Positions 9,426 through 16,386 of a stretch of DNA of 30,574 bases are shown here, piece by piece. Position 1 is the first letter of the stretch; every line of letters starts with the position of its first letter. The DNA is from a virus (Duplodnaviria > Caudoviricetes), in IMG/VR virus record IMGVR_UViG_3300012347_000187, positions 1 to 30,574 of that record; one strand, written 5' to 3'. The position numbers and the translations under genes were made by a program. A model generated the notes under the pieces. The model saw only the letters and a program-made list of their open reading frames with translations, had not been told where the DNA came from and ran no database searches.

Positions 9426-9970
9426 TACAGTGTCTCCCCGCCGATTGGGCGTGAGCATGGGCACAACTCGCCAGTTTGCAATGCGTCAAGTACACGCAAT
9501 GCTTCGTCTGGGTTACGACCAACGTCCAAGTTGTTGACAGTAACGTGTTGGATGATGTTGTCTGGGTCAACGATGAATGTTGCACGAAGTGCCGCACCTG
9601 CTGGACCATAGAAGATACCCAATTGTTCAGCCAAGCTGTTCTCGTCACGTGCCACGTCTGCGAATGACCACGAGTTAGTCTTCTTCAAGTCTTCGTGTGC
9701 GTTACGCCATGCCAGTTTACAGAATTCATTATCTGTTGAACCGATTAGCAAGACTGCATCACGGTCAGCAAAGTCACCGTTCAACTTGTCGTAGGCTACG
9801 ATTTCTGTAGGACATACAAATGTAAAGTCCTTTGGGTAGTAAACGATAACTTTCCACTTACCTTCAAAGCTCTTGTCTGTGATGGTTTCAAATGCATTGT
9901 CTGGTGTCAATGCGCCTGGCTTAACGCCTGTAACTGCAAAACTTGTGATTTTGTCGCCGATGGTTTTCAT
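9425..9970 (-). CDS. ahpC: Peroxiredoxin AhpC
   Basis: YYPKDFTFVCPTE, RATFIVDP, GRN, ALQTGELCPC. Confidence 0.96.
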   Translation of the reverse strand: MKTIGDKITSFAVTGVKPGALTPDNAFETITDKSFEGKWKVIVYYPKDFTFVCPTEIVAYDKLNGDFADRDAVLLIGSTDNEFCKLAWRNAHEDLKKTNSWSFADVARDENSLAEQLGIFYGPAGAALRATFIVDPDNIIQHVTVNNLDVGRNPDEALRVLDALQTGELCPCSRPIGGETL

Positions 9971-9992
9971 TTTGTTTCCTTTAGTTAATGAA

Positions 9993-10337
9993 TTATTTTT
10001 GTGATTTGCAATTGGGGCAAATCAGCTCTAAGTTTGATTCGTCGTTGTTGTAACTGTCTCCATTGCGGTAGTCTACAACTAGTGGTGCATCCTTACCGTT
10101 ATGTTTAACAATACCACAAACTTCACACTTGTGACCGCGTTGGTTAATAAGATACTTTTTAACCCACTCCGGTACAGTCCGCCAAGCTGTTGGCTCTTTG
10201 GACTCTTTCCAGTCATTTACTAACTGGCGACTACGGTGTTGCTGTTGGCAATGATTATTACAATACTTGTTGGTATAGCTATGACCTTTAACTGGATTAA
10301 CCTTACCACAATTTAAACATGTAAAACAACCTGACAT
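9993..10337 (-). CDS. Zn-finger/HNH-like protein with a possibly degenerate active site
   Basis: CLNC, KYCNNHC, CEVC, then VDYRNG (H to Y) ..NN...NLELICPNC. Confidence 0.7.
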   Translation of the reverse strand: MSGCFTCLNCGKVNPVKGHSYTNKYCNNHCQQQHRSRQLVNDWKESKEPTAWRTVPEWVKKYLINQRGHKCEVCGIVKHNGKDAPLVVDYRNGDSYNNDESNLELICPNCKSQK

Positions 10338-10447
10338 TTCTTTCCTATTTCATAGAGCATTTTGTAGAGCATCTATACTTTTACTTATGCTCTACAGTTT
10401 AGCAATTATATACGTATAGAACTGGTTCTGCAACAGTTTTGGTAAAA

Positions 10448-11023
10448 TCAGTCTTCAAAGTAGTTGCTATCATCATCTTCCCAGAGCTCCTCAATATAAT
10501 CGCCATTCTTGTCGTACTCTTGATAGTATGCTTCGTTGGGTGCAAGTATGCGGAAACTGTTTGGATACTTGATCAGTGCCAAGGTAAGTTCATGTTCGTC
10601 TCGCAGGTCACAAATAGCCCAACTGCTACTGCAAGCTCCAGTTACTTCCTTCATCTTACTATGCTCGAACTCTCCGGCCTTTAGTGCGTCCCACATCTGG
10701 CCGCCCCAGCTCATAATGATACGACCTGCTCGTCGCTCGGGATGTTTTAGCCAAGCATCTGCTATGCCCAACTTACTAATTGTGGCTGTGTTATCTGAAT
10801 CTATGGTTAGCTTACACTTCTTAAACTTGATACTGCCCTTGGTCTTTTCATTACCGGGCGTTTCCTTGGTGCTCCAAGGCATTTCAGAAGTTACGTGGTT
10901 GACGTAGAACGTGACGCCATGTGCTTTAACGACCCACATAGGTATAGTCGGATCTGCCAAGTGTCCTTTGTTAAAGTGAAACACTAGGTCTTTACATGCA
11001 TATTCAATCTATTGTTGTGACAT
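10448..11023 (-). CDS. Hypothetical protein with in-frame TAG at codon 5 (191 aa if suppressed)
   Basis: AAGGAG SD, then ATG TCA CAA CAA TAG ATT GAA TAT GCA TGT AAA GAC CTA GTG TTT CAC, in frame with the 10448-10984 ORF. Confidence 0.7.
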
Positions 11024-11052
11024 TTTTATCTCCTTGGTTATGTCTAATATAT

Positions 11053-11334
11053 TTAATCCATGATTGCGAAGATGTCTTCTTCTTTTGTTACCAGAAGAGT
11101 TTCTCCGTTAACAGTAACACTAATGGTTGCGTTCGGGTTATACAATACCCGGTCGCCAACTTTGACTGTGAGTGGGATGACTGTGGTGCTGTCCTTAACA
11201 GGCTTGCCTGTGCCGACTGCAATTATAGTGGCTTCGAACGTTACGTCAGATGTACCAGCTAATACCAACCCGCTTGCTGTTTTCTTTTCTGGTTCAATCT
11301 TCTTGATTAAAACTCTATCGTGCATTACTTGCAT
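11053..11334 (-). CDS. groES: Co-chaperonin GroES
   Basis: HDRVLI, KTASGLVL, IIAVGTG, VKVGDRVLY, EEDIFAI. Confidence 0.93.
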   Translation of the reverse strand: MQVMHDRVLIKKIEPEKKTASGLVLAGTSDVTFEATIIAVGTGKPVKDSTTVIPLTVKVGDRVLYNPNATISVTVNGETLLVTKEEDIFAIMD

Positions 11335-11349
11335 TGCTGTTCCTTGTTT

Positions 11350-11463
11350 ACCATAGTTAAGTACACTGCCGGAGTAGCAAGAACCAACTTGCCCACTTTG
11401 TTCCGTCCTGGATAGATTACTCTACTGGTTCCCAGGCAAACCGCTAATGTACTTAACTATGGT
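11350..11463 (-). ncRNA. Candidate structured RNA enclosed by a 16-bp stem
   Basis: accatagttaagtaca (11350-11365) / tgtacttaactatggt (11448-11463); inner CCUGG/CCAGG stem and UAGA-GUAA-UCUA GNRA hairpin. Confidence 0.55.
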
Positions 11464-11536
11464 GCGCCAGATGGGAATCGAACCCACTTCGTACTGGTTT
11501 AGAATCAGTTGCCCTGACCATCCGGGCTACTGGCGC
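11460..11536 (-). tRNA. Amber-suppressor tRNA (anticodon CUA)
   Basis: GCGCCAG TA GCCC GGATGGTCA GGGC A ACTGA TT-CTA-AA CCAGT ACGAA GTGGG TTCGATT CCCAT CTGGCGC ACCA. Full cloverleaf with encoded CCA; one A-C mismatch closes the anticodon loop. Confidence 0.88.
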
Positions 11537-11563
11537 ATGTGTGTATTATATATGAACGTGCAA

Positions 11564-11707
11564 CTACTTCAAAGTCTTTTGGACATAATGATTGCAGTTT
11601 TTGCAGGGAGTAGATCGTTTGGTGTCGCAGTTGCTACAAGAGACCATCCAGGTCCTAGTAAACGTAACGACTTCGTATTTTGATGGTTTCGAATCTGAGC
11701 ATTGCAT
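11564..11707 (-). CDS. 47-aa small zinc-finger protein (missed by ORF track)
   Basis: AAGGAG SD; MQCSDSKPSKYEVVTFTRTWMVSCSNCDTKRSTPCKNCNHYVQKTLK-TAG with two CxxC motifs. Confidence 0.6.
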   Translation of the reverse strand: MQCSDSKPSKYEVVTFTRTWMVSCSNCDTKRSTPCKNCNHYVQKTLK

Positions 11708-11760
11708 ACAGATCTCCTTAACATATATACAACGTTCTAGAGCTAACTTTCGTTGACAAG

Positions 11761-11785
11761 AAAAAAGGCTCCAAAGAGCCTTTTT
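11761..11785. terminator. Bidirectional terminator after tmRNA
   Basis: aaaaaaggctc-caaa-gagccttttt. Confidence 0.8.
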
Positions 11786-12158
11786 GGTTGGTTATTTAAC
11801 AAGGCCTTTCCTGCCCCGTGGGTTTCGCTGTTTAGGCGAATGCTGCCTCAGTTTGAGCAACTTTGCTACCGCCGAAACGGAAACCTTTAGCTGCTTTTAC
11901 TTTGACTGTGCCCATTGTTGTAGATGTTTTTGCATTTACTTTAGTTTGCTTCTTCGGCCGGGAAATACTGATATCATATTGACATAACATTACTGTACTC
12001 TTAACCCCAACCCTAACGACTTCTACTTTGCCGAGTAGATCCTGTCAATACTATTTGCCCAATCAATCACCATGTCACCCCCACCTAAATATACAGCATA
12101 CACTTAGGTGGAGGTGCCGGCTTCGAAGCCGGGTCTTGAACACTTTTCTATCAAAGCA
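11786..12158 (-). ncRNA. ssrA: Circularly permuted (two-piece) tmRNA
   Basis: Acceptor piece comes first (T-arm, CACCTCC-A-CC at 12116-12107), then a hairpin spacer, then the 5' end GGGGGTG at 12082. The acceptor stem has G3:U70 and P2 pairs TTGGGCA/TGTTCAA. Resume context is GTAAAT-GCA with tag frame 11933-11832. Outer ends are approximate. Confidence 0.85.
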
Positions 12159-12917
12159 TTAAACTACTATACTTTTTCGTGGTATACTTGATTCAAGTCT
12201 GCCACTACTAAATCCTTTACTAACATATTCCTGTTCTTTTTCAAAAAATATGAAATGTTCAGTAATACCATTATTTACCCAAAGTTTTTTAGGAGCGTAG
12301 CCTTTCTTGCCCCTTACCCATCCTTCTGGTATATCATCATCTATTGTAATGCGTTTTACTTCTTTTGTCAACACATTAGAAATCCATATCCTGCCGAACT
12401 GCGAATTCTTCTCGCCTTGACTGTGCTTTATTTCTTCAAAAGTACTTTTTCGTTTAGCATTTGCTTCGGGTGTATTTGCCTTCTGCCCTATTAGTCTCAT
12501 TCTGCTCGGGGATCTGGTCCATGCAACAGTTTTTTGAAATTCAGGATCTTTAAAAGGATTACTGGCTCTACTAGAACTGTTCTGACCACCTAGCCTGGAT
12601 TTTTCCCGATGCTTATCTGACCCATTGTAATGATCCCACCCACCTGGGCCACCTTTGTGCATATTGTAGGTGTCTTTACGCTTTACGAAATCTTCTGTTA
12701 CTATACTTAACTCTTTGTTAGCCATCTCGTCCATTGATGAGCAGTAATGTAAAACTTCTTTCTTGAAATTTTCTATACCATATTTTTCTATTGCGGCTTT
12801 GATTTGTTTGCCTGATCCGTAATAACCGTTAGCATCTGGATGTATTGCGGACTTGTGTTTGCCCACATATATCTTGTTATTCAGGAGGTTAGTAATTTGA
12901 TATACATAGTAATACAT
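12159..12917 (-). mobile_element. Free-standing Seg-like GIY-YIG homing endonuclease gene
   Basis: YVYQITN...IYVG, YYGSG, FKKEVL, YN catalytic domain; NUMOD3-like GEKNSQFG and WxxNG/IPEGWVRG repeats; AT-rich. Confidence 0.88.
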
Positions 12918-12965
12918 AATGTATTTATGCCTAACGAGAGTTCGACTCCGTAAAAAGAAAAAGTG

Positions 12966-13002
12966 TTCGAACCCGCGTCCAGAACACTTTTCTTAATAAC
13001 AG
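12966..13002 (-). pseudogene. Truncated second copy of the tmRNA acceptor piece, ending in the T-loop
   Basis: 12966-12993 matches 12122-12149 at 24/28 nt and has the canonical GACGCGGGTTCGA. Confidence 0.7.
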
Positions 13003-13116
13003 TTTACGCTGTTCTTTTATTTACCGATTGAGTGGGTAACAATCTGACTTCACAGATAGTAGGGCGAACGATCCCTAGTGTCCATGTTCCTAGAACTGTG
13101 TCTTCTCAACAGTTAG

Positions 13117-13144
13117 ATTATACTTTATTCTAAGAATTTGTCAA
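13117..13144 (-). promoter_or_regulatory. Consensus sigma70 promoter reading into the tmRNA locus
   Basis: TTGACA-16-TATAAT. Confidence 0.75.
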
Positions 13145-13667
13145 GGGGATAATCACCAAACCCAATGGTAGCAGTGATCCTGGGTTCATCGCAGTCGGGG
13201 TTAGTGTAGACCCCGTGTAGTATTTTAGGGCTAAACACAATTGGTTTAATCAGCTCTACCGCGGCTATTTCGACCAATGGATTTGTTCCAGTGGATGCTA
13301 GATATCTTTCACCTTGCTTGCCAAATTTAGTGACTAATTTATTGCCGTTTAAATCATAGAACTTGGTGTAGCTGCCTTCACAATTTCTTACAGGCCAAAG
13401 CATTCGATGTTGGTGACGCTCAAAATCAACATGCTTCTCCCCATTGGTCTTTGGTAAAAACATTAGAATAGCAACCATCTCTACTGGGTGCGGGATGATC
13501 TTTGCTAGTTCTTCAAACAGCTCCGGTACATGAAGTTTCAAGTTGGATAGATCTACATTAGTCCATCCCCATTTACGATTTACCCCAGCATGTGCAGTAG
13601 CATAGTGGTATAACTTGTTTGAAATTAACTCCTGCTGGCCAACATCAATGTATTGATAAACCTTCAT
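13125..13667 (-). CDS. Cupin/2OG-Fe(II)-oxygenase-like protein
   Basis: KHVD...RMLWP...ILHGVY...RITATI. Confidence 0.6.
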   Translation of the reverse strand: MKVYQYIDVGQQELISNKLYHYATAHAGVNRKWGWTNVDLSNLKLHVPELFEELAKIIPHPVEMVAILMFLPKTNGEKHVDFERHQHRMLWPVRNCEGSYTKFYDLNGNKLVTKFGKQGERYLASTGTNPLVEIAAVELIKPIVFSPKILHGVYTNPDCDEPRITATIGFGDYPLDKFLE

Positions 13668-14254
13668 TGAACCGAATCTCTGTATGGATATATTACGCTA
13701 AACGGATCGTCATAGTTGAGTCCTATAGTTACTGCTTTTCGAACAGTCTCAACATTGCTTACTCCGTGCAGTACATTGGTGTTTAATATATGCCAGCGAT
13801 TTGGCTCAATGACAACAGTTTTAAGTACAGTGAGAGACTCGTAGTTGGTAATACGGCACCCCGGGTCTCTCAATATGCGTTGATCTTTTTCGCCATAAAA
13901 ACTAGTGGCTACGTTTTCGCCTCCCGTTTCGTAAACATAATTGAGAGCCCACTTCCGGTAATCACAATGTGGGTTGACTTTTCGGTCACCGGGCAAAACA
14001 CTTTTATCCCAGCTCATTATTTGCACTCCGGCCATCTCCACGTCAGACGAAATATGGGCTTGTACCCACTGTGTTAATCCTTGGTTAATTCCCCATCTTG
14101 TATATGTGGCATTGTGTGTAGTAGCATTATTGCTCCAGCCACTTCCGTTGTCGAAGTAGCCAATATTAGATTCTGAAAAGTCAGGAATAGGATCTAATAA
14201 CAATTCCACAGGGATAGCAGGCAATAAATCTAAATACTTAAATAGGAACATCAT
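13664..14254 (-). CDS. Cupin/2OG-Fe(II)-oxygenase-like protein
   Basis: PHCD...ALNY...VLHGVSN...RKAVTI; start reassigned to the ATG right after GTAAATAC. Confidence 0.6.
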   Translation of the reverse strand: MMFLFKYLDLLPAIPVELLLDPIPDFSESNIGYFDNGSGWSNNATTHNATYTRWGINQGLTQWVQAHISSDVEMAGVQIMSWDKSVLPGDRKVNPHCDYRKWALNYVYETGGENVATSFYGEKDQRILRDPGCRITNYESLTVLKTVVIEPNRWHILNTNVLHGVSNVETVRKAVTIGLNYDDPFSVIYPYRDSVQ

Positions 14255-14268
14255 GTATTTACTCAGCA

Positions 14269-14301
14269 GAAAAGGCACACTTGCGAAAAATGTGCCTTTT
14301 G
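14269..14301. terminator. Probable terminator
   Basis: aaaaggcaca...tgtgcctttt inverted repeat. Confidence 0.6.
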
Positions 14302-14324
14302 ATAAACGGGCCTAGCCCGTGCGC

Positions 14325-14663
14325 TTATTCAGCGACTGTTTCTGCTTTAGCTGCGGCCTTGGCCTTCAGCTTTTCCATGCTAGGCTTTTCTGCCTTGGCC
14401 TTAGCGGTTTTGACTTTGACCACGCCGTTATACTTGGCATCGGCATTGTCGATTGCTTCTTTGTACACAGGGTTCTGATACAGCTCATGAGTCTTGAGGA
14501 ACGCAACCAGAGCTGGCTTGTCCATTGCAGTGGGCAACTCGAATAGTTGAATGTCACTGTCAGTCTTTGCAAGAATCTTGACACGTGTCACGTCAGTTGC
14601 AAAGCGAACCTTGTAACCAGATTTAGATTTAGAAACACCGCCGACTTTGAAAAGTTTAGTCAT
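14325..14663 (-). CDS. Basic hypothetical protein with a Lys/Ala-rich tail
   Basis: GGAG SD; TTGACT-17-TACAAT promoter upstream (about 14720-14750). Confidence 0.7.
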   Translation of the reverse strand: MTKLFKVGGVSKSKSGYKVRFATDVTRVKILAKTDSDIQLFELPTAMDKPALVAFLKTHELYQNPVYKEAIDNADAKYNGVVKVKTAKAKAEKPSMEKLKAKAAAKAETVAE

Positions 14664-14775
14664 TTTAGAAACTCCATTTTAAGTTTAGTTGAAAAATACA
14701 GACACACTCTGTATATTTAGATTGTAGCACCGTTCGAATTAACAGTCAACCACAATCTAAATTTGTTTGCTCATT

Positions 14776-14904
14776 TTACTGAGCCAAATCTTTGCTTGTG
14801 CTTTTGACTGCTCCGATACCGTTATCCAAGATACGGGCAACACCAGAGAACCCAACGGTTGCAACTACAATACCAAGAACAAAACCAATTAAGAGATTAC
14901 GCAT
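14776..14904 (-). CDS. 42-aa single-TM membrane protein (missed by ORF track)
   Basis: AAGGAG SD; MRNLLIGFVLGIVVATVGFSGVARILDNGIGAVKSTSKDLAQ. Confidence 0.65.
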   Translation of the reverse strand: MRNLLIGFVLGIVVATVGFSGVARILDNGIGAVKSTSKDLAQ

Positions 14905-14913
14905 GTCTGCTCC

Positions 14914-15363
14914 TTAGGCGTTAATGGGTTGAACTGCAAGTGCTTCTTCGAGTGGCACCAGACCATGCTTGACCAGGCCTTTTGCCTCGTAAGTAGAACC
15001 TGCATACCACACACCGTCCTTCATGATGTAGTAGTAATCAGCACCGCAGTTGTCAACTCGGTTAAGGAACGATTCGAAAGTGAAGTCCACTTCAAACTCT
15101 TGGTCTTTTTCGTCACGATCACGACCATAGAACACACAGATGTCTTCTGCTGGCTTTTCGAAACTGTGTTCGACACCTTCGGGCACAAACACATCAGGGC
15201 GCAGGCTACTCATGTTGCCAAGTGCCACAAGATAGTTGGCTTTGGTGCTGTCGTAGTGCTTAGACAAGATTTCACCATTGTGATCCAAATACCCGTCCCA
15301 GTGGCAGTAAACTGATTTGCATTTGTCACCATGCATAACACCAATTCGACTACGTGTACCCAT
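14914..15363 (-). CDS. Phage hypothetical protein (MGTRS...YCHWDGY type)
   Basis: 149 aa with its own promoter and SD. Confidence 0.75.
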   Translation of the reverse strand: MGTRSRIGVMHGDKCKSVYCHWDGYLDHNGEILSKHYDSTKANYLVALGNMSSLRPDVFVPEGVEHSFEKPAEDICVFYGRDRDEKDQEFEVDFTFESFLNRVDNCGADYYYIMKDGVWYAGSTYEAKGLVKHGLVPLEEALAVQPINA

Positions 15364-15394
15364 TTGCGTTTCCTTTGTTGCTTACTATACCTAA

Positions 15395-15423
15395 ATTATA
15401 CTAAAGATCGCCTTTTCGGACAA
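15395..15423 (-). promoter_or_regulatory. Sigma70-like promoter (repeat family)
   Basis: TTGTCC-GAAAAGGCGATCTTTAG-TATAAT. Confidence 0.75.
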
Positions 15424-15426
15424 CCG

Positions 15427-15819
15427 TTAGTCCGCCCCATAAGTTGTTGCTAAAAACTCACGGCATTGCGCTTCGGTACGCTTGGTTACAACAACCTTAC
15501 CGCCCATGAATCCCACGTAGAGATTGCGGTGATCAACAAACTTGATTTCGCCATCGGCGCCAGTATGCTTTTGACGTGTAGCTTTTTGTACTACTTTTGT
15601 AGCAGTTTTCTTAGCAGGTACTGCTTTAGTTGCAGGCTTTGTTTCTGCTTTGGCAGGCACAGCTTTAGCAGGTACTGCTTTGGGTTTAGTTTCGTAACCG
15701 TATTTAGCATCATAGTTTGCAATTTGACGCTCGCTCATACCCCAAGTAGCAATAAGACGCTTGGCCTCGGTGCCTGTGAGTTGATGCCAGTTAATGCATG
15801 AATCGGTCCAGTTTTTCAT
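15427..15819 (-). CDS. Hypothetical protein with KAVPAK repeats
   Basis: AAGGAG SD; central histone-H1-like low-complexity linker. Confidence 0.7.
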   Translation of the reverse strand: MKNWTDSCINWHQLTGTEAKRLIATWGMSERQIANYDAKYGYETKPKAVPAKAVPAKAETKPATKAVPAKKTATKVVQKATRQKHTGADGEIKFVDHRNLYVGFMGGKVVVTKRTEAQCREFLATTYGAD

Positions 15820-15849
15820 TTCGAACTCCTTTTTACTTACTATGCCACT

Positions 15850-15878
15850 ATTGTACTAAAGATCGCCTTTTCGGACAA
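15850..15878 (-). promoter_or_regulatory. Sigma70-like promoter (repeat family)
   Basis: TTGTCC-GAAAAGGCGATCTTTAG-TACAAT. Confidence 0.75.
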
Positions 15879-15915
15879 ATTAAATGTGGCAGTAATAAAG
15901 TATTAGGTTTTCTGC

Positions 15916-16386
15916 TTAAAAATTAAGCACAATTTTACCATGGTGAAGGTTGAGCATGGTCTGCTTCATGCACCACAAACTATTTCTAGCAGAACGGCCA
16001 AGGTCATAGCGGTCCAAGTTGCGGAAACGCCGCTTAACACCGGTGTCGCTGATAACCTGAATTTGCCAAGAGTCTGCATCGTTGAACGCCCATTTGCGAC
16101 CGGAACCATCAGTGTATGTCCAGCGTCGGACATCGCGTGTAGTGGATTTCTTGTCGGCGCCAACAAGTGTGCAACTCTTACACAATTCTTCGGCAATAAC
16201 AATGTCACGCTCAAGTTCACGGCGCTTGGCAATACGGTCTAGCTTACCACCAATGCTCATCAAGTCCTTGCCGTTGAGACCCATAAGGGTTGCATAGTTA
16301 ACTAGGGCACGAACTTGATCTTGCTTGTCTGCTGAGAAACGTCTAAAGCTCAACAGCACTTCTTCTTCAATAGTTTCTTCACTCAT
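15916..16386 (-). CDS. Hypothetical protein
   Basis: 156 aa; abuts the upstream gene (TAA ATG). Confidence 0.7.
   Translation of the reverse strand: MSEETIEEEVLLSFRRFSADKQDQVRALVNYATLMGLNGKDLMSIGGKLDRIAKRRELERDIVIAEELCKSCTLVGADKKSTTRDVRRWTYTDGSGRKWAFNDADSWQIQVISDTGVKRRFRNLDRYDLGRSARNSLWCMKQTMLNLHHGKIVLNF

Noticed and set aside
11460-11536. tRNA-Arg(UCU) reading
   Set aside because: ACUG/CAGU stem symmetry centres the loop on CUA; the UCU register breaks the stem.
12934-12951. Additional tRNA at acgagagttcgactccgt
   Set aside because: It is only an isolated T-arm-like hairpin with no cloverleaf.
12133-12966. Group I intron in the tmRNA T-loop
   Set aside because: The ORF fills nearly all of the insert, leaving no room for a catalytic core, and joining the halves gives a mispaired T-stem (GCGGG/GCCGG).
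13090-13115. Hammerhead ribozyme (CUGUUGA)
   Set aside because: It mismatches the CUGANGA core and has no correctly placed GAAA.
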